64,000 nt of DNA from Desulfatiglandales bacterium (GTDB taxonomy: Bacteria; Desulfobacterota; DSM-4660; Desulfatiglandales; Desulfatiglandaceae): positions 2,880,001 to 2,944,000 of the forward strand of contig OY759599.1 in the NCBI GenBank assembly GCA_963662465.1, read 5' to 3'. Every line of letters starts with the position of its first letter. Position 1 is the stretch's first letter. The notes below the pieces were generated by a model. It worked only from the letters and a program-made list of their open reading frames with translations, was not told where the DNA came from and did no database searches. This document shows, piece by piece, positions 1 through 10,090 of this stretch. The translations under genes were made by a program, and so were the position numbers.

Positions 1-791
1 TCGTCTCGACGCAGGCGTTCCTGCTTCTGTTCCAGCCAGCTGGAGTAGTTCCCTTTCCAGGGTATGCCGCGCCCGCGGTCCAGTTCGAGTATCCAACCGG
101 CCACGTTATCCAGAAAATACCGATCATGGGTGACCGCAATGACGGTTCCCGGATAGGTCTTCAGATGGTGTTCCAGCCAGGCCACACTCTCCGCATCCAG
201 GTGGTTGGTGGGTTCATCCAACAGCAGGATGTCCGGTTTCTGAAGCAGCAGCCGGCACAGGGCCACCCGCCTTTTCTCTCCCCCCGACAGTACCTTCACG
301 GACCTGTCCTCGGGCGGACAGCGCAACGCATCCATGGCCATTTCCAACCGTGCGTCTAGATCCCAGGCGTCAAGGGCATCCAGTTTCTCCTGAACATTGG
401 CCTGTTTGTCAATGAGCTTTTCCATGGCGTCATCGTCCATGGGTTCAGCGAATGCCAGGTTGATCTCCTCGAACTCCCTGAGGGCCGCAACCGTTTCGTG
501 GACGCCTTCTTCAACCACCTCTCGAACCGTCTTATCCACATCCACCAGCGGTTCCTGTTTCAGGTGACCCACGGTATATCCTTCGCTGAGGATCGTTTCT
601 CCGCTGAAATCCGAATCTTCACCGGCCAGAATTCGCAACAACGAGCTTTTTCCAGAACCGTTCAGGCCCAGAACCCCAATCTTGGCGCCATGGAAATAGG
701 ACAGGGAAATATCTTTTAATACCGGCTTTCGATCATAAAACTTACTGACCTTGAGCATTGAATAGATGACTTTATTGACATCGTTTGACAT
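1..791 (-). CDS. ettA: Energy-dependent translational throttle ABC-F protein EttA (5' part; runs off the window)
   Basis: Manual translation from ATG 791: [50 protein letters not shown]; later [43 protein letters not shown] and [24 protein letters not shown], all typical of EttA. Confidence 0.93.
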   Translation of the reverse strand, partial: MSNDVNKVIYSMLKVSKFYDRKPVLKDISLSYFHGAKIGVLGLNGSGKSSLLRILAGEDSDFSGETILSEGYTVGHLKQEPLVDVDKTVREVVEEGVHETVAALREFEEINLAFAEPMDDDAMEKLIDKQANVQEKLDALDAWDLDARLEMAMDALRCPPEDRSVKVLSGGEKRRVALCRLLLQKPDILLLDEPTNHLDAESVAWLEHHLKTYPGTVIAVTHDRYFLDNVAGWILELDRGRGIPWKGNYSSWLEQKQERLRRD

Positions 792-879
792 GGGTGGAAC
801 CCTCCAGTGAAATTTCCTATTTTAAATGGATTAACATAAGGCCTTGGCTAATAGGCTGTCCCGCCTTGTTTCCGCCCCA

Positions 880-1506
880 TTAGCGCCCTTTCAAAACCGC
901 GTAAACATCCCGAAGGATTTGTTCCGAAACTTCCCCCATGGCCAGGCTCATGGTCTCAGCGAGCCCCCTGGGATGCTCATCCTTGCAGGCCCGGGTCACC
1001 CGATAGGATTTCTGCAATAAAACCCGTTTGCTGACATCCGGCTCCTTTGCCGCCACCAGCGTAATACTCAATCCCAACACCGCATCCCACCCTTCGGGCG
1101 CATCCCATTCAAAAAATTCATCCACGGAGCCCTCCAGGGCGTAAGAAGCCGCCAGATTGCTTTTATAGGTAAATACGGCTTTAAAAAGCCCCGAGTCCCT
1201 AAGGTCCCGCGCCAGGAAATAAGTGGTGATATCTCCCGGATTTCCAATCCATTTGGAGTACACATACTCATCCCGTTTGAAGGAGTGATCGCGATAAATC
1301 ATTCGATTGGAATCATATTCGGGCGCCACCCCGAAACGATCTACCCGCAGCACCGCCTTAAGGGGCGTCAGGCCTTTTATTTCCGGAACAGTGTATTCGA
1401 GGGTAAAATGATGGATCTTCGGTTTCGGCTTTTTCAAGGCGGAACACCCCGCTAAACACAGAAGACCACATAAAAACAAAACCGGAATTTTTCGCTGATT
1501 CAACAT
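880..1506 (-). CDS. ABC-transport auxiliary lipoprotein (PqiC-like)
   Basis: Lipobox LAGC; last gene of the MCE operon; 208 aa. Confidence 0.75.
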   Translation of the reverse strand: MLNQRKIPVLFLCGLLCLAGCSALKKPKPKIHHFTLEYTVPEIKGLTPLKAVLRVDRFGVAPEYDSNRMIYRDHSFKRDEYVYSKWIGNPGDITTYFLARDLRDSGLFKAVFTYKSNLAASYALEGSVDEFFEWDAPEGWDAVLGLSITLVAAKEPDVSKRVLLQKSYRVTRACKDEHPRGLAETMSLAMGEVSEQILRDVYAVLKGR

Positions 1507-1518
1507 GGAAAGCCTCCT

Positions 1519-2535
1519 TTATTGTTCATGTCCCCCCAGCTCCAAGGCTCGAGGTTCGGACGGCTCCCCGAATATCAATTGCGAAGGGCTGTCGGACAAA
1601 GTTTCAAGGAAACGGTTCAGGTGATCCGTTGCCCGCTCCAGGTTCTGCGCACTCAAGAGCAGTTGCGCTTTGAGTCGATTCATGGCGTCATCCGTGGTCG
1701 TAATTAGAGCGGCGCTCTTTTCAAGCAAATGGTTGGTGTTGACCATGGCCTTTTTAAGGTCCAGAACGACCTCTGAAACCGATTCCTCGTTTTTGGCCAC
1801 AAACCCATCGAGTCGAACCAGGGTCCGATCCACCTGGCCCAGGCTGTTTCCGGCTTTTCCCATCAAATCATCAAGGGATTTCGCCGCATGGTCCACCGAA
1901 CCGAGAATGGTTGCCCATTTCCGGCTTTTCAGAATCTGATCCGCACTGATGAGAGATGACTGCAATTTTGTTGAAATGCCCTTGACATCCGCATCCACCA
2001 TGATGAGGTTCGCATTATCCAGGGTTAATTTCAATTTATCAGAAATCCCCTGAAGATCAATGGACTTAAAATGATTCAACACATCATCCAGGCCCCTGAG
2101 CAACCGGTTGATTTCAGAAGGTTTTGATCCCACAACAGGGTATTCGGAGGGAAAAGAAAGCACCGCGGACTGATCAGGCTCACCCCTCTTTTTGCGATCC
2201 AGTTCAACCAGCATGCTTCCGGTAATGCCAACGTTTTTGAGTTGCGCCACAATGCTCTGGTCCAGGCTCTGCCCGGATTCAATTTTGAGGACCACCTGGA
2301 TCAGCTTAGAATCCGGGGCCACCCCAATGCTCTCCACCCGACCAATGGACACCCCCCTGTATTTCACGGGGGAATCCTTTTTCAGTCCCTGAACGGATTC
2401 GTTAAAATAGGTCGCATAAAACCGCCCTTTTTCAAAATACCGGGACATGCCCAACCAGACAATGGCCAGGACACTGATGGTCAGGCCGCAGATCACAAAC
2501 AGCCCCACGGTAAATTTCGCTTTTTTGGATGCCAT
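1519..2535 (-). CDS. mlaD: MCE/MlaD family protein
   Basis: N-terminal TM, then FNESVQGLKKDSPVKYRGVSIGRV MCE motif and a helical C-terminus. Confidence 0.9.
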   Translation of the reverse strand: MASKKAKFTVGLFVICGLTISVLAIVWLGMSRYFEKGRFYATYFNESVQGLKKDSPVKYRGVSIGRVESIGVAPDSKLIQVVLKIESGQSLDQSIVAQLKNVGITGSMLVELDRKKRGEPDQSAVLSFPSEYPVVGSKPSEINRLLRGLDDVLNHFKSIDLQGISDKLKLTLDNANLIMVDADVKGISTKLQSSLISADQILKSRKWATILGSVDHAAKSLDDLMGKAGNSLGQVDRTLVRLDGFVAKNEESVSEVVLDLKKAMVNTNHLLEKSAALITTTDDAMNRLKAQLLLSAQNLERATDHLNRFLETLSDSPSQLIFGEPSEPRALELGGHEQ

Positions 2536-2555
2536 ACAAAAAATCCCTTTTTCAA

Positions 2556-3305
2556 TCAGGCCCGTCGGTTAAAAAACTGTTGAACAAAGGCGTTCTGGCT
2601 GTTGTCCCGAAGATACCTGGGATCTCCTTCGGCGATCATCCCCTTTGCTTTCTTATCGAGCATGATAATCCTCGAGGCCACGGTAAAAATGCTCTCCAGC
2701 TCATGGGTAACAATGACCATGGTAGTGCCGAGAGTTCGGTTTAAATGAAGCAACAGGTTGTCCAGCTCCGCCGACGTAACCGGATCCAAACCCGCGGAAG
2801 GCTCATCAAAAAAAAGGATTCTTGGATTCAAGGCCATGGCCCTTGCCAACCCCGCCCTTTTTTTCATACCGCCGCTTAGCTCAGAGGGCAGAAAATTTCC
2901 ATAACCTTCCAGGTTGACCAAACCCAGCTTCATCTTGACCAGCATGTCCACCGCATCCTTTTTCAGGGAGGTATATTCCTCGATGGGGAGCGCTACATTT
3001 TGCGCCACGGTCATGGAACCGAACAGGGCCGCACTCTGATAAAGAACGCCGATTTTTCTCAGAACTTTTTTCAAGACCCTTTCGTTGTCAACGGATACCT
3101 CATCACCGTCAACCATAATTCGACCGGCACGGGGACGCAGCAGGCCGATGATGGTTTTCAGCAATGTACTTTTGCCGCAACCGCTGCCGCCAAGGATAAC
3201 AAAAATTTCCCCTTCATAAACGTCGAAAGAAACATTTCTGAAAATGACGGCATCCCCATATCCCGCCTCAAGGTCCTTTACTTCTATAATGGCTTTTCTA
3301 CCCAT
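2556..3305 (-). CDS. mlaF: MlaF-type ABC ATPase
   Basis: Walker A GGSGCGKS, signature LSGGMKKRAGLARA, DEPSAGLDP. Confidence 0.9.
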   Translation of the reverse strand: MGRKAIIEVKDLEAGYGDAVIFRNVSFDVYEGEIFVILGGSGCGKSTLLKTIIGLLRPRAGRIMVDGDEVSVDNERVLKKVLRKIGVLYQSAALFGSMTVAQNVALPIEEYTSLKKDAVDMLVKMKLGLVNLEGYGNFLPSELSGGMKKRAGLARAMALNPRILFFDEPSAGLDPVTSAELDNLLLHLNRTLGTTMVIVTHELESIFTVASRIIMLDKKAKGMIAEGDPRYLRDNSQNAFVQQFFNRRA

Positions 3306-3315
3306 CAATTTTATT

Positions 3316-4461
3316 TTACTCGCAGTAGCGAAGAATTACCGAAAAAATAGAATCAAAAAGGATGATCAGAAAGATACTGCTGACCACCGCCGATGTGGTA
3401 GCCTGACCCACGGAGGCGGCGCCGCCCCTCACCTGAAATCCCCTGAGGCATCCCACATAGGTAATGATCAACCCAAAAACGCCACTCTTAAAAACTCCCC
3501 AGAACACATCAAAAAGGGTCAGGGTGTGAATGGTCTGGGCCATATAGGCCCCCGCGGTAAGATCCAGCATAAAAACACCCACCAGCAAACCTCCCGCGAT
3601 GGCGGCAATATCTGAAAAGAGGGTCAAAATCGGAACCATGACGACGGCTGCAATGAGTTTGGGAATCACCAGGAACCCAACGGGATCAAAGCCCATGGTA
3701 AACAGGGCATCGACTTCCTCGGAAATTTTCATGGTGCCGATTTCCGCCGCAAAGGCCGATCCGGATCTGCCGGCCACAATAATCGCCGTCATAATGGGCC
3801 CCAGTTCGCGAGTCATGGAAAGGCTCACCAGGGATGCCACATAAATGTTTGCACCGAATTGTTCCAGCTGAACCGAAGACATGAACGCCATGATCAGCCC
3901 CATGAGAAAGCTGATGAGGGCCACAATGGGCAGACCATCCACTCCGGTCCTTTGCATGTATTCCATGGTGTCTTCGGTTCGAAGGATTCTGGGGTGCGCC
4001 AGGTGGTGACCCAGGGAGAAGGCGATATCGCCGATAAAAGAGATGGCGTATTTCAGGTCTGCAACGATATTCAGGGTATTTTCGCCCATTCGAACGAAAA
4101 TCCCCTGCCGGCGTTTTTTTTCAAAGGGAGTATTTTTCAGCAAAGAATCAAATTTGAGGAACAGAAGCATTTCCTTGATCTTTTTACTGGGATGAAGCAG
4201 ATGAAAATCGCCATTTGCTTTCACGGCGGATTTACGCAACTCAACCAGCACCAGGGTTCCGAAGTCATCCAGATAGGTCACGTTTTCCAAATCAACCGTG
4301 ATATTGCCGGATGACTTGTCGGAAAAATACTGGGACAACGCTTCGATCAGCGCGCCGGCATTGTCCGAATCCATTCGCCCATTAAAACAGATAGTCGTGC
4401 CGTCTTCTGCATTTTTGGAAATCGTGTAAGGGACAGGGGTTGTGGTATTGGCGGTATTCAT
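3316..4461 (-). CDS. mlaE: STAS-MlaE fusion ABC permease
   Basis: N-terminal STAS-like segment (VDLENVTYLDDFG); MlaE motif RELGPIMTAIIVAGRSGSAFAAEIGTMKISEEVDAL. Confidence 0.9.
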   Translation of the reverse strand: MNTANTTTPVPYTISKNAEDGTTICFNGRMDSDNAGALIEALSQYFSDKSSGNITVDLENVTYLDDFGTLVLVELRKSAVKANGDFHLLHPSKKIKEMLLFLKFDSLLKNTPFEKKRRQGIFVRMGENTLNIVADLKYAISFIGDIAFSLGHHLAHPRILRTEDTMEYMQRTGVDGLPIVALISFLMGLIMAFMSSVQLEQFGANIYVASLVSLSMTRELGPIMTAIIVAGRSGSAFAAEIGTMKISEEVDALFTMGFDPVGFLVIPKLIAAVVMVPILTLFSDIAAIAGGLLVGVFMLDLTAGAYMAQTIHTLTLFDVFWGVFKSGVFGLIITYVGCLRGFQVRGGAASVGQATTSAVVSSIFLIILFDSIFSVILRYCE

Positions 4462-4473
4462 GAATTCAAATTT

Positions 4474-5784
4474 TCAGGACCCGTCAAAGGGAAGATGTTT
4501 CAGATCATCCTCATTTACATTGTATTTTTCCTTGAGCTTTTCATCATCGACCTGAAAAATCAGCCAACCTAAGGGGACACCGTCTTTTTCCATCTCAAAA
4601 GCCATTTCAACGGCCTTGCTTCCCATGGGATTCTGCTCCGTGACGCGATAAAGGGTCAGGACACTGTAGGGCCTGCTATCGCTTTGATCGAACGGAATGC
4701 CGGAATAACTGTTATTCACCATCTTTTCAGCATCAAACCCGGGCAATATAGAGTAGGCTTCGAATACTTTCTTGTTTTCATCCAGCAACACCAACCCGTT
4801 ATAGGGAATCGAAACGCCTTTTTGAACATCCAGAAACCCTTTGATGACCTCTTTCGTTTTCGCCCTGTCCCTTGCTCGAAAAGGCTCCGCCAGAAAAGAT
4901 TGCAGCATTTTGAAGGTAACCGACAAATCATCCCTGAATTGACGTTTTCTGGAATCGGTAATTTTGTAGCCCTTTGAAAAGTAGGGGTAACCCAAAAGTA
5001 TCCCCGTTGCAAACAACGCCAGAAGCACAATTGAGGGAATCAACCAGCGTCGCGTGCGCTTATAGCGTCTCTCCAGATTTTCGACCGATGTGACATCTCT
5101 GCCGACGGACAACAAGCCTCGAAAATTATGCTGCCCATCATAGAGCGCCGTTATACTGGTGGAAACAAAGCAGATTCCCTTTTCAGGGTGTTTGAATTGC
5201 AAAATCTTTTCTTGAATGGCATTGCCGGCCTTAAGCTCTTCAAGGAGGTTTTGATAGATATGCGCATTATCGTAGATTTCTTCGGCTGGTCGGTTGCGCA
5301 TCTGCGTCTCGCCCCTGCCGTAGAGTTTTTCAGCCGCGGCGTTCCATGATGAGATGTTCCCCTCCTTATCAACCAGGATCACCGCATCGGGAAGCTGGTC
5401 GCAGACTTCCCGAAAACCGAACAGGGTCTGACTGGTGGCATCCAGACGCTTTGCCAGAAACTTCGCAACCACCGTAACCACTTCCGGAAATTCTTTCAGG
5501 AAGGTGTTCACATTTTCTTTGGGAATGCGAATCGCCTTTACATCGGTCATGGCCTTTACCGTGGCCGTTCTTTTTTCTCCCAAAAGGAAGGACATTTCAC
5601 CGAACACAACCCCTTCCTTGGTAATATCGGCAATCTTTTTTGTCCCTTTGAGGATATCCAACTTCCCTGAAACCAAGACATAGATATCCTGGGAATCGTC
5701 TCCTTCAAAAAACAGGGTCTCACCTGTTTTGAAAAAGACAAAATATTTTTCTAATTCAGGGTTATAAATGATACCATCCAGCAT
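4474..5784 (-). CDS. cNMP-binding + PAS + TM membrane sensor-like protein with no recognisable output domain
   Basis: FGEMSFLLGEKRTATVKA (cNMP); PDAVILVDKEGNISSWNAAAEKLYG (PAS); one hydrophobic TM followed by a soluble C-terminal domain. Confidence 0.75.
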   Translation of the reverse strand: MLDGIIYNPELEKYFVFFKTGETLFFEGDDSQDIYVLVSGKLDILKGTKKIADITKEGVVFGEMSFLLGEKRTATVKAMTDVKAIRIPKENVNTFLKEFPEVVTVVAKFLAKRLDATSQTLFGFREVCDQLPDAVILVDKEGNISSWNAAAEKLYGRGETQMRNRPAEEIYDNAHIYQNLLEELKAGNAIQEKILQFKHPEKGICFVSTSITALYDGQHNFRGLLSVGRDVTSVENLERRYKRTRRWLIPSIVLLALFATGILLGYPYFSKGYKITDSRKRQFRDDLSVTFKMLQSFLAEPFRARDRAKTKEVIKGFLDVQKGVSIPYNGLVLLDENKKVFEAYSILPGFDAEKMVNNSYSGIPFDQSDSRPYSVLTLYRVTEQNPMGSKAVEMAFEMEKDGVPLGWLIFQVDDEKLKEKYNVNEDDLKHLPFDGS

Positions 5785-5961
5785 AAAATATTCACCAAAA
5801 TATTTGATTTGATTTCAGTATATCCGCAAGGCAAATTTTCGTCAAGCGATTGCGTGGTCCGGCAGCAATGCTTATTCCTCGTCCGAAATATTCCTTCGGA
5901 AGGAGAATTACCGGCAATTCAGACCTCAGAATACATGAAATCTTTGCATCCTGTTAGACGC

Positions 5962-7794
5962 TTACCGTGAATACAGGGGAAGATAAACAACAAAGGTGGT
6001 CAGTCCATTTTCAGATCGGATCTCTATTTTTCCACTGAGCAACCGCAAAATTCGGTAAGTAATATAGAGACCGCGGCCTTCACCAGCCCCTTCAAGGGTC
6101 TTCAACCGATCCTGTTCCGACATTTCGCCGCTGTTGGTGATTTCCACACAGGCCCATGAGTTCAGAGCATAGGTCCGAACCGCCAGGATGCCCCCTTTCA
6201 AGGGGATAGCCTTAGTGGCGTTGTTCAACAGATTGTCAAAAACCCTTTCAATCTGGACTGAATGGCATTTAACCCTCAAATCCCGGTCGTAGGGGCCCTG
6301 TTTTAATCTCACATTCTGCCGGAACTGCTCTTTAATGGCCTCTCGGTTGATCTCAAACCTGGCCTGAACCACACTGGAAAAATCGACAACCTGTTCTTCC
6401 CCCACCGCATAAACACCCATGGCCAGTTCCTGAAGTCGACCGGTTTCTTCCAGGAGGATCTCCACATATTTTCGAATTTGTTCTCTGTACAATTCCAGAT
6501 CGTCTTTTTGAATCAAGGATTGTAAGCGCCGCGCAAATCCCGCCGTAGCAATGGCCGGATTCTTAAAATCATGAAGGGCATCGTCCAGTTGCTCCATCTT
6601 TTGGGCCTTCATCAGTTCCCGTCCCAGAAAAAGGAGAATGGCAATCTCCTCTTCCCGGTATCTTTTTCGATAATCTAGGGCATCAAATGTCATAAAGTGC
6701 GTCACTTCGCCGGCGACTTTAAGGGGAATAAACAGGATCGAATTAATGCCATGACATCGGGCAAACCGCTTGTTGTTTTCAGACATGAGGGTACTTCGCT
6801 GAACATCAACAATCAGGATATAAAACGGGGTGACCTCTTCATATGTAGAATCTCCGGAATAATCCCTGAGATTCAAAAGCAATTCATAAACAGGCTCACT
6901 GTTAACCGGCACCGCCTTCCCCACGGAATGGTAGCCGCCAATGACCGGAAATCCGGCCTGGAGGACAACCCGGTCCAGGGCACGGCCTACCGAAAAAAGA
7001 GCGCAGCTCTGAAGGTCCACCATATCCGCCAGTTCCGGAACCACCTGGTTGAAAACCTCCGCAAGCTTCACTCCGCCGCGGGTTCCCATCTTAAGAAAAA
7101 TATGATTTACAATGGCCTCCCGCTTTTCAGCAATTCGGTTCAAGCTCAATATTTTTTTGTGCGCAATGACAAAACTAAGCCGCTTGGCCATGGTGGTAGC
7201 CGTGCGAATTTCAAGAGAACTGAATTTTCGTTCTCTATCTGCGTAATAAATTTGAATCACCCCCAGGGTATCCCGTTCCCGGGGAAAGAACCGTGGAATT
7301 TCAAAGGGAATGGCCATCAGGGAATGCAGACCTTTTTCAACGATAACCTGTTTATTGTGATAACGCGCCTCTTCAAACAAATTGGGACTGAAGTAGGCTT
7401 GACGTGTTCGCAATACCTCTCCGACAATGCTGTCCTCAAGGGGAACGGACGTTTCTCGCGACGCTTCCCTTGAAGGATACGATCCGTAGGAAAGCATCTG
7501 TTCGGTTTTAGGATCATATATCCGCACGGAAGCCTGGGTGGCCCCCAGGAAAGAAACCATGTGACAGGTGGCTTTTTCAAGGATCTCCCGCTCCGGCAAA
7601 TCCGGATCAATATCAACAATTTCATCAATCTTCTGAATAAACCGTCCCAGAAATTCCGTGAGGACATTCTCTTCGATCCACTGGTTGAAATGCACCCTGA
7701 ATTCCGCATCTTCAGGCAAATTCTTGGCCCACGGTTCGTGCCGGATATCCCTGATCAGACTCTCCAATCCCGTCAACATATAAGGCGCTCTCAT
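5962..7794 (-). CDS. GAF-domain sensor histidine kinase
   Basis: Two GAF-like regions; H-box LHDFKNP; N-box VFDNLLNNATKA; G2 GEGRGL. Start could alternatively be 7833. Confidence 0.8.
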   Translation of the reverse strand: MRAPYMLTGLESLIRDIRHEPWAKNLPEDAEFRVHFNQWIEENVLTEFLGRFIQKIDEIVDIDPDLPEREILEKATCHMVSFLGATQASVRIYDPKTEQMLSYGSYPSREASRETSVPLEDSIVGEVLRTRQAYFSPNLFEEARYHNKQVIVEKGLHSLMAIPFEIPRFFPRERDTLGVIQIYYADRERKFSSLEIRTATTMAKRLSFVIAHKKILSLNRIAEKREAIVNHIFLKMGTRGGVKLAEVFNQVVPELADMVDLQSCALFSVGRALDRVVLQAGFPVIGGYHSVGKAVPVNSEPVYELLLNLRDYSGDSTYEEVTPFYILIVDVQRSTLMSENNKRFARCHGINSILFIPLKVAGEVTHFMTFDALDYRKRYREEEIAILLFLGRELMKAQKMEQLDDALHDFKNPAIATAGFARRLQSLIQKDDLELYREQIRKYVEILLEETGRLQELAMGVYAVGEEQVVDFSSVVQARFEINREAIKEQFRQNVRLKQGPYDRDLRVKCHSVQIERVFDNLLNNATKAIPLKGGILAVRTYALNSWACVEITNSGEMSEQDRLKTLEGAGEGRGLYITYRILRLLSGKIEIRSENGLTTFVVYLPLYSR

Positions 7795-7942
7795 CGTAAA
7801 ATAAGGTTGAAATAATTCGCGCCAAAATAGCAAATACCCCTTGGCAAGTCAAGGGCAGACGCACTGGGAATGCTCTTTATAGCGATTTTTCTAATGGCAT
7901 TTTTTAGGGATAGAAGGTAATTGCCGGACGCTAAACAAGCCC

Positions 7943-7971
7943 TTGACCCCAATACCCGCCTATGGTAGATT
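7943..7971 (+). promoter_or_regulatory. Putative sigma70 promoter for the J-domain gene
   Basis: TTGACC-17 nt-TAGATT with extended TG. Confidence 0.45.
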
Positions 7972-8041
7972 GAATTGGAGATGATAGTCATATGAACAAC
8001 ACCCTTTACTGTGGGGCATTTTGCCAGGTGTGCCGCTTTCC

Positions 8042-8446
8042 ATGCCTATGAATATCAGAAAATCCTTTAAAATACTTGAGATTAGCATAAACGCCACCGA
8101 GAAGGAAGCCAGGCAGGCTTACAAAGACCTGGTTGCCGTCTGGCACCCCGACCGCTTTTCCCATAACCCCCGGCTCAAAAGAAAAGCGGAGGAAAAGTTG
8201 AAGGAAGCCAATCTTGCCTACGAAACAGCGAAGGACTTCTTTTCCACCACCAGGAACGCCGGACATACCAAATCCTCTGGCGCACCACCCGAAATCAGCA
8301 AAACGGAACTTGCCGCGGAACTGGGAACCGGCGCTGTTTTGACCCTGTGGTCTTACCTCTCGGATAAAATCAACCACGCCTTGATTGACGAAAGCGTTAA
8401 GGGGTCAAATGAAAAAAAAAGAACTGGAAAACGTAAAGAAAGTTGA
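8042..8446 (+). CDS. J-domain (DnaJ-like) protein
   Basis: HPD motif: AYKDLVAVWHPDRF...EEKLKEANLAYE. Confidence 0.85.
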   Translation: MPMNIRKSFKILEISINATEKEARQAYKDLVAVWHPDRFSHNPRLKRKAEEKLKEANLAYETAKDFFSTTRNAGHTKSSGAPPEISKTELAAELGTGAVLTLWSYLSDKINHALIDESVKGSNEKKRTGKRKES

Positions 8447-8508
8447 GGTTCATGTTTTCAGGTGATATGATGCCAAGCATATTTCGGAGTCAACATAAGG
8501 GAGCAGAC

Positions 8509-8811
8509 ATGAAGAACAGCTATAAAACCACCGTATTTATTTTACTCACATCTTTGGCGCTTTTTTCATTTCAAGGGTCCTCGGCCCTAGCCCAGGAAAA
8601 CCTTCAGGAACTGGATGACAAGGGAGGGTACATGATCGGAGATCTCGTCGTCATGAGACCCCTGGGTATTGCCGCCACCGCGGTGGGCGCTGTTGCCTAT
8701 GTGATTTCCCTTCCCTTTTCCCTGGCGGGGGGAAACGAAGCGGAAGCCAGGCAAAAACTCATTCTCGAACCTGCGGGATATACGTTCAGGAGACCCTTGG
8801 GCGATTTCTAA
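8509..8811 (+). CDS. Small exported/membrane hypothetical protein
   Basis: RBS AAGGGAG; signal peptide; MIGDLVVMRPLG...YTFRRPLGDF pattern. Confidence 0.7.
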   Translation: MKNSYKTTVFILLTSLALFSFQGSSALAQENLQELDDKGGYMIGDLVVMRPLGIAATAVGAVAYVISLPFSLAGGNEAEARQKLILEPAGYTFRRPLGDF

Positions 8812-8829
8812 GACGGCAAGCTGCGGTTT

Positions 8830-9249
8830 TTAGTTTCTTTCGAACGCCCTTATCCGCCGGCTCAGGGTCTGCAGCAATTCGATGGCAACGGAAGGATATT
8901 TTTTAATTTCATCCCTGAAATTCCATTGATCCAGGGAAAGGACCTCTGTATCCATCTGTGCCACAACACTCGCCGTCCGAACATAATCATCGATCAGGGC
9001 CATTTCGCCGAAATAGGTATCAGGCGCAAGCCGCCTCAAAAACATTTCCGAAGAACCGCCTAAGCCTTTTATGACCGCAACTTCCCCTGAAACAATCACA
9101 AACAATCTGCCATCCCTGGCGCCCTCGTTGATAATAACATCCCCTTTTTTATAGAGATGCCGTTGGGTCAACTTCGCCAATCGCCGAAGATCCCGCTTCT
9201 TCATCAGAGAAAAAAGAGCAATTTTTGACAGTATATCAACATCATCCAT
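8830..9249 (-). CDS. Stand-alone cyclic-nucleotide-binding protein
   Basis: YFGEMALIDDYVRTASVVA. Confidence 0.85.
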   Translation of the reverse strand: MDDVDILSKIALFSLMKKRDLRRLAKLTQRHLYKKGDVIINEGARDGRLFVIVSGEVAVIKGLGGSSEMFLRRLAPDTYFGEMALIDDYVRTASVVAQMDTEVLSLDQWNFRDEIKKYPSVAIELLQTLSRRIRAFERN

Positions 9250-9297
9250 TAAAAAAACAGGCTCCGGAAAAATGGTTATGGTCTTTGGTTGCTTCGC

Positions 9298-10017
9298 CTA
9301 CAATAAATATTCAGTGTTTACATTCTGCAAGGCATGAAAAATATTCCCTTTAATCTTTCGATTATTTCGGTAAAAGCCGTTCAGCATCGCCTTGATCTCT
9401 TCGCGTTTGGAAGCCCCCGCGCTGGGGCACCCCAATTCAATCCGGGGACATTCCATTTCGTCGGCATAACGCCGGATCAGATCTTCATCCACCAGATAAA
9501 GGGGTCTGATAACCGTTAATTTGCCTCCAAAAAGTTCCTGCACCGGCAACATGGTGCTGATGGCAGCGCCGTAAAAAATATTTAAAAAAAGGGTTTCGAT
9601 AATATCGTCTTTGTGGTGACCCAGGGCGATTCGGTTGCATCCCATGGATTCGGCCAACTCAAACAGGAGTTTTCGTCTCATACGCGAACAAAGGAAACAG
9701 GGATTCTCTCGGTTTTCCGGACCATGGGCTCTTGGACCGATATCGCTTTCAATGACACGGTAGTCAAATCCGTGGGTTGAAAAAAAGTCCGACATTTTTT
9801 TGGCGGAGTCACACCCGAACCCGGGGTCCACGTGGACGGCGGTGATGCCATAAGAGATGGGGATGCGTTTGATTCTTTCCTTCAAAATTTGCAAAAGGAC
9901 AAGACTGTCCTTTCCGCCGGATACCGCAACGAGAATATGATCTCCATCCCGAATCATTTTTTGATTGTGAATAGCTTTTCCCGTGAGTCGTCTCATCTGC
10001 TTGGCAACAAAACCCAA
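9298..10017 (-). CDS. ttcA: tRNA 2-thiocytidine(32) synthetase TtcA
   Basis: PP-loop SGGKDS, CFLC, GHHKDD, IRPL, C-terminal CP. Confidence 0.85.
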   Translation of the reverse strand: MGFVAKQMRRLTGKAIHNQKMIRDGDHILVAVSGGKDSLVLLQILKERIKRIPISYGITAVHVDPGFGCDSAKKMSDFFSTHGFDYRVIESDIGPRAHGPENRENPCFLCSRMRRKLLFELAESMGCNRIALGHHKDDIIETLFLNIFYGAAISTMLPVQELFGGKLTVIRPLYLVDEDLIRRYADEMECPRIELGCPSAGASKREEIKAMLNGFYRNNRKIKGNIFHALQNVNTEYLL

Positions 10018-10090
10018 TTCCTTATTATTCCCTCATCAAGCCATTAACGATAATTTTACATCTCATAGGCCAAAAGCTAACAGCTAAAAG

